A stretch of 64,000 bases of DNA. Origin: Octopus bimaculoides (Eukaryota). How positions within the stretch are numbered: position 1 is the first letter of the stretch; the number at the start of each line of letters is the position of its first letter. Made by a program: the position numbers and the translations under genes. The notes beneath the pieces were generated by a model, which was not told the DNA's origin, searched no databases, and worked only from the letters and a program-made list of their open reading frames with translations. Positions 26,373-40,531 of this stretch are shown here, piece after piece. Location of the stretch: assembly GCF_001194135.2 (NCBI RefSeq), contig NC_068992.1, forward strand, positions 453,092 through 517,091. Direction: 5' to 3'.

Positions 26373-29300
26373 CTTCTCTCTCTCTCTCACGCACAAGCAC
26401 TCACATATGTAAACACACATGCAACCTCAAATATTCATTCATATACATACCTTTATATACATACACATAAACATGGTGTTTTTTCTCTCTGATGGGACGC
26501 TAAAGTGTAATTATAATAATGTTTTCGGATGAAATAAGCACTTGGCAGGGTCAACGAAACAATTTAGACAAGATAAATGTTGGTTAATTTACTTAATAAC
26601 ATCCCCCACCGAACAAGAGAACAATGGGAAAATTGAACCAAGACCATATAGCATTTGCTTATCAAGATTATATTTCAATATGATGTGATTGTCTCATAAT
26701 TCCTCCCTGCGTTATATATGACCCAATCAAAATACAGCAATCCGATTAGTGAAGTGGAAGCAGATAGAAAAGTTACGCTGGTTGCTTATCGAATGTATGT
26801 ATAAATGTACTTGCATATCTCTAAGAATGTCTGTGTCTATGATTATGTATATGTATGTGTAGGGATGTCTCTATGCATGTATATGTATATATGTAACGCA
26901 TGTTTGTAAGTATGTATGTTTGTTTATACGTACGCATGCGTGTATGTTTTTATACAGCGATCATACGTGATCCTTCTAAAATAAATATGCTTGGCAAAGA
27001 AGCGGAAAATGATCGGTACTTGTATAACTCATATAATTAATTGATATTGGTTCGATACCACTGACCTGTTTCGGTTTTGGCCGTAGCGAATTTCTCAAAT
27101 TTGCAACATTTTCTCGAGTCTAAATCGAATTAATATATTTTACGAAGAGAGATGCATTCGTTTATCGTTTCTATAAAAGTGAAATAAAGAGCCAATCCGA
27201 ATGGTGAGCAGGTCAAACGCAGGTTATAGACGCGAAAAATTGTTAAGATAAGAATATAAACATCTTAAAAATAATCAGCAAACAATATATTGGCTTGGTG
27301 AGAATTATATATATNNNNNNNNNNNNNNNNNNNNNNNNNNNNNNNNNNNNNNNNNNNNNNNNNNNNNNNNNNNNNNNNNNNNNNNNNNNNNNNNNNNNNN
27401 NNNNNNNNNNNNNNNNNNNNNNNNNNNNNNNNNNNNNNNNNNNNNNNNNNNNNNNNNNNNNNNNNNNNNNNNNNNNNNNNNNNNNNNNNNNNNNNNNNNN
27501 NNNNNNNNNNNNNNNNNNNNNNNNNNNNNNNNNNNNNNNNNNNNNNNNNNNNNNNNNNNNNNNNNNNNNNNNNNNNNNNNNNNNNNNNNNNNNNNNNNNN
27601 NNNNNNNNNNNNNNNNNNNNNNNNNNNNNNNNNNNNNNNNNNNNNNNNNNNNNNNNNNNNNNNNNNNNNNNNNNNNNNNNNNNNNNNNNNNNNNNNNNNN
27701 NNNNNNNNNNNNNNNNNNNNNNNNNNNNNNNNNNNNNNNNNNNNNNNNNNNNNNNNNNNNNNNNNNNNNNNNNNNNNNNNNNNNNNNNNNNNNNNNNNNN
27801 NNNNNNNNNNNNNNNNNNNNNNNNNNNNNNNNNNNNNNNNNNNNNNNNNNNNNNNNNNNNNNNNNNNNNNNNNNNNNNNNNNNNNNNNNNNNNNNNNNNN
27901 NNNNNNNNNNNNNNNNNNNNNNNNNNNNNNNNNNNNNNNNNNNNNNNNNNNNNNNNNNNNNNNNNNNNNNNNNNNNNNNNNNNNNNNNNNNNNNNNNNNN
28001 NNNNNAAAAAAAAAGGATCAAGTAGAACACTTTGGTAAATGTTATTCTCGAATCATAATGTCAGAAAAGTAAAAAAAAAAAAAAAGGTGAATTGGTCATG
28101 GTTGGAATGCTTATGATCATAGGTTTATACGATCAGGGTTAAGCTGGCGGTTAAGAAACAGCAACAGCAGCTGCAGAGATGGTTCTTTTCTTTACTTACG
28201 TTGTATGATGCTAGTTAAAGAAATCAGGAGACAAAAATAGGCGTCTTATGAAAAGTCTTGATAATCCCTTTCTCTTATTTGATTCTGCTGACTCGTATGA
28301 ACGTTCACAAAATTAAATTACTTTTGCTGAAGTTTTCTTTAACAGACATATTTCGTGAATGGTTTTTCGGAGAAACAATATTATTATTGATTTGAAAGGA
28401 GAAGATATGAAAAAAATGGAAGTTAAAATAACGAGGGGAAGAAGAATTGAGAACAAATACCGAAGATAAAGAGCAGAAGAATTAAAACTGAACGTAAAGA
28501 ATTAAAGAAAAAAAACAAACAAACAATAAACATAAAATTGAATGTAATGAAGTGAATATGAAGAATAAACTAAAGACTTAACGAGTAAACTTAACGATGA
28601 AGAACTGAAGAAGGATTGGAAAACTAAAGTTTATTTGAACATAAAGAATACAAGAATAGAATACAAGAATAGATGAACATTAAACAGAACTGAATAAGGA
28701 TAGAATATTTGAGGGGTTAAGGAATTTGATTAAAGTAAGATGAATATGAAAAAAGAAAGAAAGAAAGGAAGGTAGGAAGTCGCTGAATTGAACCGTGTCA
28801 AAGTGGCAAGGAGGAGGAGGAGGAGTGATGGGTACCTATACAGTACTGAAGTGGTTTAGATAGAAACATGCAAGCCAAGCATGAAATGTCACTTTATAGT
28901 GAAATGCCTATTTACTGAAAAGCAGTTCTTTGAAGTCTTTGCTGGTGTTACTGGTTGTGAAGGTGGTGGTGGTAGTGGTTGGTGCTGGTGATGTTGGTGT
29001 TGGTAGTTGTAGTGGTAATGGTAGTGACATACTCGAGAAGATTAGGTTAGTGATAATAGTGTGATAATGATAAAAGCGGTTGTGGTCACGATAACGGTTG
29101 CTATTAATAAGATTTGTACGATGACAGTAGTTGAAGATTGGGTGCTTGGATTCACTTTTCTAGTGATTAATATCCATTGATTTACACCCAGACGTTAGAT
29201 ATAGTTAGAAGAAATCTGTATCATTTTATTCCAGACTAGAAAGAGGGCAATACATGTATGAACCAACAGCTATCTTATTGTAAATGTGTCGTACTATTGA

Positions 29301-30019
29301 TAACAGGAACAGTGAAGTAAATGATAATTTTCTTGAAAAAGTTGCGGCTGCGATAATGCTTACTTTATCCAAAATAAGTTTTAACATAAACTATGTATCT
29401 TTAAATTTGCAATTTAATATTTTAATTAAAATATAAAACCATGAGAAAGTAAAACACTTATAAATAGATTTACAATCTACCGACTAAAATTTCTACCACC
29501 TCGTACAGAATTTAAAAAAAAACATTATTTATTATAAGTTTTTGAAAACTTACAGTTTAATTTAACTTAAAACTCTTTACAAAAAAAAAAAGGACTTGAA
29601 CCTATTCCTTTGGAATAATTTTCCCTTCTATTTTGCTACAAATGCTCATAGGAAAGTATGAATGTTACCCCATCTCCTATTTGCTGTAAAGAATACGATC
29701 ATTGTGCCGATTAGAAGGTCAAACGAAAAATATATTAATCATAAACAGGATGAATACAAAAGAGCAAAGGTAATGATAGCAGAGCATATCTAAACCCGCA
29801 ACCTTTCTGGTCAAACTTGATAAAGGTATCTGGGAGAAGCTGGATGATCAAGTTGATAATCCTGAAGAACAACAGGATAGATCAACAGTTCGTATCGTGT
29901 TGGCGGAATTGCAATGTGTCTACAACCAATATATTTATCTATCAACTGCTAAACTGGTGAAATTCTAATTTGGGACAACGAGCTACGTATATGTAGGGGC
30001 TCTAATGTAAAAGTGTGGA

Positions 30020-30099
30020 CCGAAACGTTGTGTTAACAACAAACAAGATGAGGAGAAATATCCGTCAAATGTAGATAATGTAAATGATGCAAATAATGT
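30020..30099 (+). mobile_element. 3' half of the HHR-family element (starts at CCGAAACGTTG)
   Basis: CCGAAACGTTGTGTTAACAACAAACAAGATGAGGAGAAATATCCGTCAAATGTAGATAATGTAAATG matches the family tail, including short terminal TGTAAATAA-like repeats. Confidence 0.85.
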
Positions 30100-30130
30100 T
30101 TGCAGATTAATATTACAACCCGAACTACCA

Positions 30131-30490
30131 GAAGTTGTAAAAGATGTAAATAACTTCTGATCTTTGGTCAGTGTGATCAGTAGCGATGGACGCATAGAAA
30201 ATGATGCAGGCAACAGTATTGATAAGGCAAGAGCAATGTTTCAGCGTATGTGCCAAATTTGGGAAACAACAAGCATTAATAATGAAGGGGAAAGGTCTTT
30301 ATGGAAGAGAAACAGAGAAAATGATAGCAAAAATTGCCTGTAAGATAGTCACATTCCAACAACTATGTTTACAGAATATCCACAAGGTCACTTCACGAGA
30401 TAGATTTACAAATGAAAAAGGCTTTCTTGAAAGTAAATTCCTAAGCATTGCAAAATATCGTGGCATTACGTTGGTTTCGTTTAGCAGGTA
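30131..30490 (+). pseudogene. RTE-clade retrotransposon RT C-terminal remnant
   Basis: EVVKDVNNF*SLVSVISSDG...IDKARAMFQRMCQIW then (frameshift) LYGRETEK...FQQLCLQNIHKVTSRDRFTNE, matching FTYLGS.IS.DG...RIGKA..F..L..IW...LYG.ETW...FQQRCLR.I..I.W.D..TNE. Confidence 0.75.
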
Positions 30491-31396
30491 TTTTCTTGCT
30501 TTTCGTGCGCTTTTTAGCGCTTGCCAGCCACTCGATATGCATCACAATGCGAGAGTCTTTGTAGTGCAATTTTACGAATAACCAGTGTCCACGACCACCA
30601 CGGCAGCAGCTGTAAACTGCGGCCCACGCCTTGTCTTGTGATTTATTGTATCCAAAAGAAAAGGTTAGTATTTGTTTTACATTTTCTCTAATATACACAA
30701 CTGGAAAAGAAAGTGAACATATAACTTGTCCTTGGTGTTGTTCTTCATATTGTGATTGGTGTTGTGAAATGTGGAAAGTAAAAAAAGTTATTACTGCTGC
30801 GAATGAAAATGTTGAAATGTTTTATTTATTTATTTATCTATGTATTTATCCATTTATTTATTTATTGATTGCTGTCTTAGGAACAGAGAAAGGTTTTTAA
30901 CTTGACAAGTACATTAGGAATTTTCAACAAATTACACACGCATACATAAACATCCTATATATATANNNNNNNNNNNNNNNNNNNNNNNNNNNNNNNNNNN
31001 NNNNNNNNNNNNNNNNNNNNNNNNNNNNNNNNNNNNNNNNNNNNNNNNNNNNNNNNNNNNNNNNNNNNNNNNNNNNNNNNNNNNNNNNNNNNNNNNNNNN
31101 NNNNNNNNNNNNNNNNNNNNNNNNNNNNNNNNNNNNNNNNNNNNNNNNNNNNNNNNNNNNNNNNNNNNNNNNNNNNNNNNNNNNNNNNNNNNNNNNNNNN
31201 NNNNNNNNNNNNNNNNNNNNNNNNNNNNNNNNNNNNNNNNNNNNNNNNNNNNNNNNNNNNNNNNNNNNNNNNNNNNNNNNNNNNNNNNNNNNNNNNNNNN
31301 NNNNNNNNNNNNNNNNNNNNNNNNNNNNNNNNNNNNNNNNNNNNNNNNNNNNNNNNNNNATATATATATGTATATATGTATATATGTTTGCATATA

Positions 31397-31431
<35 letters not shown>

Positions 31432-31701
31432 TATTTTTGAGGTATTGGGGGTCATGTAGTATATCTGTCTGTCTGTCCGTCTATCTATCTATCTATCTAT
31501 CTGCATACATCCATCTATACATGCATTCACAATCATATATATGCATATACACATATAGATATTTGTAAGTATATAAATATGTGTGTGTTTACATAGACAG
31601 CTTTCTAGGTACGTATATGTATGCATGTATATACTTGTTGTACATAAACCGACCCACCAAAAACAACAGTGATGTATGTGCATAAAATATATATTTGTAT
31701 T

Positions 31702-31735
<34 letters not shown>

Positions 31736-32493
31736 ACATGTATGTATATATATATATATATATATATATNNNNNNNNNNNNNNNNNNNNNNNNNNNNNNN
31801 NNNNNNNNNNNNNNNNNNNNNNNNNNNNNNNNNNNNNNNNNNNNNNNNNNNNNNNNNNNNNNNNNNNNNNNNNNNNNNNNNNNNNNNNNNNNNNNNNNNN
31901 NNNNNNNNNNNNNNNNNNNNNNNNNNNNNNNNNNNNNNNNNNNNNNNNNNNNNNNNNNNNNNNNNNNNNNNNNNNNNNNNNNNNNNNNNNNNNNNNNNNN
32001 NNNNNNNNNNNNNNNNNNNNNNNNNNNNNNNNNNNNNNNNNNNNNNNNNNNNNNNNNNNNNNNNNNNNNNNNNNNNNNNNNNNNNNNNNNNNNNNNNNNN
32101 NNNNNNNNNNNNNNNNNNNNNNNNNNNNNNNNNNNNNNNNNNNNNNNNNNNNNNNNNNNNNNNNNNNNNNNNNNNNNNNNNNNNNNNNNNNNNNNNNNNN
32201 NNNNNNNNNNNNNNNNNNNNNNNNNNNNNNNNNNNNNNNNNNNNNNNNNNNNNNNNNNNNNNNNNNNNNNNNNNNNNNNNNNNNNNNNNNNNNNNNNNNN
32301 NNNNNNNNNNNNNNNNNNNNNNNNNNNNNNNNNNNNNNNNNNNNNNNNNNNNNNNNNNNNNNNNNNNNNNNNNNNNNNATGTGTGCACGCATACGAGCTT
32401 GCACACACTCACATGCTCATACCAAACAGTTTCGAAACAACGCCAAAACAACGCCAGATCATATATTCAAAATAAATGGAAGTGGAGAGACAA

Positions 32494-32534
32494 GTTACTG
32501 AAGAGATTGCAAGAGTGCAATGAAATAATTTAAC
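32494..32534 (+). ncRNA. Minimal type I hammerhead ribozyme motif (second family)
   Basis: GUUA (32494-97) CUGAAGA (32498-504) G AUUGCA agag UGCAAU GAAA (32522-25) U a AUU UAAC (32531-34): 4-bp helix I, 6-bp helix II, short helix III, AUU triplet; all conserved core nucleotides present. Confidence 0.65.
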
Positions 32535-33479
32535 AAAAAACTATATAAATTAATAAAGGACTGAACCAGTGCGTGTGTTTATTACCGGCATAATGCCTCT
32601 CCCAAGGTTTAATTGTATTTCTTTCAACACACGTATCCACATCAAGAATCTTGCACACGAAATACACATACGAAATATATATATATATATATATATATGA
32701 ATGTATATAAATATGTACATATATGCATATATGCATATATGCATATATACATATATATATGCTCGCAGACACACATACGCACATACTCACACACATACAT
32801 AGACACACACATAGAAAAATCTACTGCATTATGGAAACAAAGCATTCCTGACCACCTTATCGTAACGCGAAATATTGTAACGTGAAATTAATTTTGCCAT
32901 TGATTTTCATGTTATAAAGAAATAATACGTTCAGACAATTTTTTTCGCAAATAAAGGAAAACAAAAACAAAGAAACAAACAAAAATGCAAAAGCAAAAAA
33001 AAACAAAAACAAAAAAAAACATACAAACAAGCCACACGACCACTTTTATTCACGGAAATAATTCTAAACATACAACATACAATACGTAAACATGAAAACA
33101 TCTGAAGAGAAAAGTGTTAGGGAATAAATAAAACCCGTATTATTGTAATAGCGTACGTTTTCACCACAAAAGATGTTGACTACTGTGTGAGGGATGGTAG
33201 TGGTGGAATGTGAGTTATTTAGAGGATGTGAGATGCGATTTTTTAATGTTATAATTCCTCATCATCAACATCAGCTTAACCAAAATTGTTTGATGTTTAT
33301 GGGGCATCATCTGTTTGTATAGTTCAGTGCAGGAACTGAGCTAATTCTAGATATTTCTTGTTATATAAAATGTAACGCTCATAATTAGGGTTGTTATAAG
33401 GAAAAAATGCACCCCCCCTCTAAAAAAAACAAACCAAAAAAAAAAAAAAGAAACACATGAAAAGACTTGTTGACTTTTG

Positions 33480-34030
33480 CAGGCAATTTAAGTAGAGTAG
33501 GTGGAATTTCCTTATTCTCATCTGCAGTCTCAGCTTGCAGTTCCAACAACATCAGTTGCTTGTCAGATAACTTTCCCTCTGGGACACTAGCAGTTCAAGC
33601 CACATCATCTACGAGTTCTCCTAATACTATATCATTTGCAAGCGTTACCACATCTTTCTGAATTTGATGGAGATTTTCTGTTGGTGAAAAACCTGTAAAG
33701 CCACGAGTAGAGTCTGGTCATATATTTTTCTGAGCACAATTCAAAGATGAGCATTTCGCTTTATCTTATGACTCAGCTATGTTATCCACAGCATCCGTTA
33801 TGTTAAATTTCCTCCAGAGTCTCTAAATGCGGGATTATCATTTCAGTCCTTATAAGTTGTATGAAAATTCTTCTCAGATAATATGGCTTGAGGCATTGTA
33901 TTCTCAGCGATAAATCCTACTTCAGCATTATCAGAAATTCCATTTCAATTCAGAGGGTTCAGTGCATTTCTAAAAGGAACAATGCTTTGTGGAAAATACG
34001 TCTGGCACTGCACCGTGCTATAGCAGGACA
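33480..34030 (-). pseudogene. Degenerate Tigger/pogo (DDE_1) transposase C-terminal fragment
   Basis: Minus strand: KALFLLEMH, CLKPYYLRRIFIQLI, LWRKFNITDAVDNIAES*DKAK, GFTGFSP...QIQKDVVTLANDIVLGELVDDV, matching Tigger-type KA.YLRR.F...FWK.FNI.DAI.NIA.AW.EV...DF.GF. Confidence 0.75.
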
Positions 34031-34143
34031 GAAAATGTTGGTAAACCCCTGTTCGAAAAGTCACTTAGTCATTCATACCTTCTTATTTGAATGCCTAATC
34101 AAAGGTAAATTAAATCTTGCGTAAACATTGATATAAATATATA

Positions 34144-34179
<36 letters not shown>

Positions 34180-34490
34180 TGTATGTATGTATGTATGTAT
34201 GTACGCACGTATGTACGCACACACGCAAACACACACAGACACACATACACACACACATACACGCAATCACAAACTTGTATGTATCGTCATGATAGCTTTT
34301 CAATTGTGTAATACTTTGATCTAAAGCACCGAGGAGCGCTCATCTGTGTAAGAAGAAAGTGTAGTTTTAGAATCATAAAAATTAATCCGAGTTTCCGCGA
34401 GGAAGAAATTGTGTCTTGTATCCAAAAATCAGTATTCATAATTTACAGTGTCCGTATGTGCCTGTAGTAGAAAGGCTTAGTTAAACGGTG

Positions 34491-34708
34491 TAAGGCGGTG
34501 AGCTAGCAGAATCGTAAATACGTCGGACAATATGCTAAGTGACATTTCTTCCGGTGCTTCACATTCTGAATTGAAATACCGTCGTGGTCAACTTTGCCTT
34601 TCAACTTCTCGTGATCGATAAAGTAAAGTACTAGCTAAGCATTGATGTCAAAGTAATCGATAAGCTTCCTCTAATGAAAATTGCTGGCGTTGTGCTAAAA
34701 TTTGAAAC
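34491..34708 (+). mobile_element. tRNA-headed SINE, family A (diverged)
   Basis: Colinear but mutated relative to 56403 copy. Confidence 0.75.
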
Positions 34709-34791
34709 AATTATCTAAGCGATGTATGATTGGAGTCTCATTAATTTTCACCTTGTATTTATATAGTCAATTACTATATATATAGTTGATT

Positions 34792-34869
<78 letters not shown>

Positions 34870-34912
34870 CCATCTCTCTTGAATAAACCGAATGAATTTA
34901 ATTAAATATCAG

Positions 34913-35126
34913 CTTCATATTTTGACACAAGGCCAGCAATTTCAGGGGAAGGAGTAAATCAATTACATCGACCCCAGTGCTCAATTGGTACTTATTTTAT
35001 CGATCCCGAAAGCATGAAAGTAAAAGTCGACCTCGGCGGAATTCGAACTCAGAAACGTAAAGTCAGACGAAATGCTGCTAAATATTTTGCTCGGCATGCT
35101 AACGATTCTGGTAACTCGCCGTCCTC
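34913..35126 (-). mobile_element. tRNA-headed SINE, family A, minus strand
   Basis: Reverse complement GGACGGCGAGTTACCAGAATCGTTAGC...GAGTTCGAATTCCGCCGAGGTCGAC matches the family. Confidence 0.82.
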
Positions 35127-35569
35127 ATAAAATTATTCACAGATTGGTGGACTATTTTGTTTGACGGTGTTTGTTGCCTGTGAATGCTGTGAATAATTTG
35201 TTTTTATTTCATTGTTTTGAAAGCTTAGTTTTCTAAGTATTTTTATTCATGTTTGGCGGTTTTATTTAGCAAGCTAAGTCTTTCTTGTATATCTGCATGT
35301 AATGTATGGCAATGTATTTGAAAACCTAAGCTGGTATTATAAAAGCTTAACGCTTCTCTAACGAAAGATAAGCAGTAGTTCAGTGGATTGCAGAAGTGTG
35401 AAAAAGGAAATATTAATAACGATATTAAAGATAATAATGAAATGCTAATAAAATATGCTGTACAACAAGAATTTTCTTATATATCTACTTAAAAGCAAAA
35501 TTGAAATAGGGAGTATACCGAAACGCTGAAATTAATTCATCAACGTTGCGTTTGATAAAACTCTGTAGC

Positions 35570-35680
35570 ACGATTTTTGTCCTTGGGTAGCAACTGTTAT
35601 TTCTTATCTGTTTACCCTTAGAAAGTATGAAGAATGGCTAAAATTCCTCCAAATTTTGCTTTTGTTACATTTATTCAAAC
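35570..35680 (+). repeat. Interspersed repeat segment shared with ~60650-60760
   Basis: Both contain TTGGGTAGCAACTGTTATTTCTT...ATGAA.AATGGCTAA...AA.TTTGCTT..GTTA.ATTTATT. Confidence 0.65.
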
Positions 35681-36758
35681 CTCAAACAGTCCCGCTCAAC
35701 ACATGGCTATAATGCTCCCCCCCCCCACTACTCTTGCTCACGATCAGAGATGCACTTATTGTCAGCCGCTAAGGGACATTCTCAAGTGGTTACGGTCAAG
35801 CAACTGATAAGCAAGTCTGTGGTATTGAACATAATATTTGCTATAAAGATATTTCTGCTTCAGTGACTCAGTACTGAATCTATCTGAAGTGTAATGGAAA
35901 ATCGCTCAGTTTTAAAACATTGCTGTCCAGGTCACAAAAGCAAAGTTTGAAGGGAATAGTGTTTGTTTCCTTTGATTTCTAGACAGAAGAAGCAAATAGG
36001 AAATAACACTTACTGACCAAAGACAAAAAAGAAAAGATAAAAATTTTGTTACACTTTGTAATTATCTTTTCAATTTAAGCTATTGTTTGGTCAAGCATTG
36101 ATTTTTGTTCAAGCAAGGTGTGTTTGTGTCTCTTTGGCATTCGCTCTATCGCTTGACAACCGGTGCTAGTTTGCTTACGTCCTCGTAACTTAGCGATTCG
36201 GCAAAAGATAATGATAGTATAAATGCGAAGCTTAAAAAAAAAAAAGAAATACGAGGTTTGATTTGTACTACTTCAATGCGTCGTCCCTCTTTAAAGAGAG
36301 ACAAGTGTAATAGTAAAAAATTACTCCTGAGGTTTCAACAGAAAACTCCTTCCTCAGATGTTTCCCAGTGAGATTGTAATTAGAACCACGGCGTTGCAAA
36401 GCTAATTTCCCAACCATACAAAACTTTTTAACCATACTGCTTTTATCGACATTTGAATGGTTTTGAAATAATTTTAAAAAATACTTTTGAAAATAATCAA
36501 TATACTTTGATGGCATTGAAGCAAAAGGAAGAGAATACTAAACTCATTTTTTCCCCTATATCCTCATGTTGAAATATCACTGGTGTTCATTTTACAGTTC
36601 ATACAACCAGTTTTGATAATATATATATATATATATATACACATATGTATGTATATATGGATGTATGTATATATATATATGCATGTATATGTATATACAT
36701 GCATATATATGTATGTATGTATATATATATATATTCACACGCATATATATATATATAT

Positions 36759-36801
<43 letters not shown>

Positions 36802-39800
36802 TATATATAAAAAACAGCGATGTACGAATATAATCTAATCGACTTTCATTGGCTTTTCTCAAGTTGGCTTTGTGTTTATATCGAAAACATCAATTTCAAG
36901 AAAATATCAGTGTTCAAAATCTTGAGAGTTGTGATTCCTTTCCAAATGACTTATCCTCTTAACAATTCACTGCTGAAGAATGCGATCTTTACAAAGCTGA
37001 CTGAGACAATCGAAATCAACTAGTATTACACACGTAGACTTGACAATAGAACAAATATAAAATTAAGTGGTTTTTCATTGGCTAATTTATTACATGTATA
37101 AACAGACAAAGTTACCGGATTTGTTCGCTAGATACCTGAATAGGCGACAAACAAAACATCTCGCATTCAGCTTCTGATTACTTCCCACCTCTCTGGGATA
37201 TATAAAGTATAATACGTGTCTTTAGAATAGAAATCGAAAAGAAGAAACAGAGAAAGAGAGAGAGAGAGGGGGTGAGAAAGGGGAAGGAAAAAGATAACCA
37301 ACGAGGGAAAGGGAACGCGAAGTAAAGAGAGAGATAGGAATGCGATGGTTAGATGGGGGTGCGGTGGAGAAAACTAGAAGGAGCTGGCGAGTGGAATAGA
37401 CAAACAACTGTCTGGGAGAACCGAGATAAAGTTTGGCATTTTTCTGTTTTCTTATTATTAACTTGAATTTGATTGCAAATATGTGTTGCTTTTACTGTGA
37501 TAAGTACAGAACTATTTCCCAAAGGTATCCAGCATATTTATATTCCGTAGTTAGCAGTGCTTCGCTGACTGCATTAATAATAACTCTTCTTTCGAAAGAC
37601 TTCCGAAAATGAAGCCTTGTCGAATTGAGTCGACTGAAAAATTACAAAGTCTTCTGGGTCTATTAATCGAATGCAGGTCATTTCCGCTCATGAACGCATT
37701 TGCATACCAATTCGAGCCAACTAATACGACATGATTCATATACTAATTAGAAAGTTTTTGAATCCTTTCCAAACTGTGAGGAACTAACTCTAAGCAAACA
37801 ACAGTTTTATCTCTGTATTAAAAACATACTAAAGACGAAATTCTTTAGAAAACAATATCTTAATTTTTATTTATAATGCATCCCAGCAGGAACAAAATTG
37901 GCAACTGAAGAGGATGTATTATATCACGATAGAGTTATTTCTCGCCAATGCATATTAAACGAAAAACCAAGGCGACACTTTCTCTTTGCAACATAAACAT
38001 TCTTCATGATTTAACATTTCTACAAGGTTTCAGTAAATGACAAACTAAGAACAATTCACATAAAATTATAAAATAAAATTTTGGCAAAGATGTAAGGATT
38101 GGTCAAACAAGGAGCCAAACAAGGAGCTGATCTCTTTCATTGGTATTAGGGGCACAGGAACAGAACGATTGTTCAGAATTGAGGTTACAGTTGCAAGCTA
38201 AGTAATGACACCTCATTTAATCACTTGTTAATGTTTACTCCCATGCGAACGTGCTTGACATGGAGCCTGTGCTCAAAAAGGTTCCATTGGTGACAATGCT
38301 TCATTACAAATGAGTTCTTTTAAAGTTGTTAAAGAATCTAAGGAATTTGGCAGCTATTCTTTGCAGATCAAATGACTACTCTCAACGCAGTGTTTAGGAA
38401 AGTGAAGGGAGAGAAAAGATAGAGAGATGGACTACTCTTGGTTTTTGGTTTCACTCCCTGAGGTGTTTAGTCGATGCCTTCCAACTTGCCTCTCTTCATC
38501 GATGAGGTTAAAATCAATCAATAATGTGTTCTGTGTGAGGTTAGCTGAATAACCAAACAAACTGTATCTGACTTAATGATTCCATAGCTGCTTTGTTGTC
38601 TATGTCAACTGTTTGGTTGCGTTTTGCTACTACGTAAAAAATTTCATATCTGGTTTGCTGTCTATCGCTGCTGTGTGTACTGAGACAATTAAGGTCATCG
38701 ATGACTGCTGGAGCATCTTGAATAAGTCAATGTTCTGCTTCTTATGATCTAGCAATTCTTGTCAGTTTTTCATCTGTTTGTTTAGTCTGTGTCACCGGCA
38801 ACGAATGATGTAAATAACATCGATGCGAATAACTAATTGATTCGAAAGATGGCATTAGCGTGTCTTAACATTTCTTTGTTTATTCGTTTCCTTGACGTGT
38901 ATCAGCGTGGTTCAGGCGTTAGTTACTGATTAGTCTGAAAAAAGATGGTGCACGGCTGTCTTGCAATGTTTGGTTTGCTCAAATTCTGCATTGTCGACTT
39001 GGAGTTAGATGGCTCTCAACGAGAGCAAGCTTTTGAATTTGCTTTCGAGTGGCACTACAATTTTAAGAACATATTTCGTAGCTATAAGGTTCCGTATTCA
39101 ATCTTGATTGCACCTTGAGTAAGCACATTTTACTCTGACCTCTGGTTGGCCAATATTCTATGAGCCAAATGAAACAAAGTAGGATAAACCCATACTCTCA
39201 GAAATACTTTACTTCTTCAGGAAACAGGATAGTTTAAAGTCTGGAATCTGAGAAAACTGATAAGAGTCTGCAATGAGAACAATGGTATTTATCTTAAAAA
39301 AAAAACAAAACAAAACAAAAAAACAGAAGGAATTCACGCATACAGTTTGAGATAAATTGAATTGTATATCAATAACAGAATGGCCGGAATGCTTTGATGA
39401 CAAGTGTGCACGTTTGATGAGCGTTGACCCCGAACTAAACAGCAACAGCAACAACAACAACACATACTCAATGTTCGAATTAACTCAAGTTATTTGTATG
39501 AATTAGTTCTTAGTACGCACAGTTTGCTTGGTGTATCGATGGTTTAGATCGAAGAAGTTCTCAGTTATTGAAATGAATTCGTCAACTGTTTAACGTGCAT
39601 TTAAATGCTTATGTACATTACATATGCATACGTAATATGATGGTGCTTCAGCAGAATCTGACGCCCCCACCCCGGCAACGCATGGGCTTGCACTTCTCAT
39701 GTCTGTTTTAAAGGGTCCCTCAAAAACCAATCTATAATCTCTCGTGTAGAAGCTCTTAACTGATGTAAAGCCTTTATCTTTCTATTAACTATTTCAGTAT

Positions 39801-40531
39801 AAGTACAAAATTATTTTAATCAGCAGAATGTCCTTATATGATTCTTAGATCCGTCTCAACAATTTAAGTTAATTTGCATTTATAAAACTTTAAAGCCTAT
39901 TCTCTTGTTTTCATAACAAAGAAGTCTTACCCTACAACCCACTATACATTGGCTTTTAAATAAAGATTTCCTTCAACTATGTACAAGTGTTCATTATAAA
40001 GAAGAAATATTACAATCAGTTAAATACCAGGCAAGTATTTCTCATTTTCTCTGAATAGCGTAATAAAATCAACTGATTTACTCAAAGTAATGTAAAAAAA
40101 ACAACAACAAAAAACCCCCCAAAACATATTCAATGCGTTTAAATAACGAGGTGTCGTTTCTTTCTTATGTTTTGTCTCCTACTTTGAGTTATAATAACAT
40201 TCTTTACTGCCATTTGCTATACAATTGGCCTTAATTAGCATTAAGATTTTATTTGATATGCATTTTCTCAAACCTGCTTGAAATACCACATAAATTATCA
40301 TAGTTGACTTATTGAAAATATACAGCTATCACCCTCACCAAGTTTAACATTTATACAATGTCAGCAGAATAGAAAATATTTATTATGCAAAGTCTTACTC
40401 TCAAAGCCGATCGTAATATATTTCACTTTGAATTCACAAGTTCCGACCTAAATGGCATCTAATGCATGATAATTACCATCAAGACCAATGAAATACACAA
40501 AATATGTGCATATATATATATATATATATAT

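Noticed and set aside
37900-37940. CUGAAGA followed by a small hairpin
   Set aside because: The GAAA core is absent (GAUAG) and helix I is unsupported.
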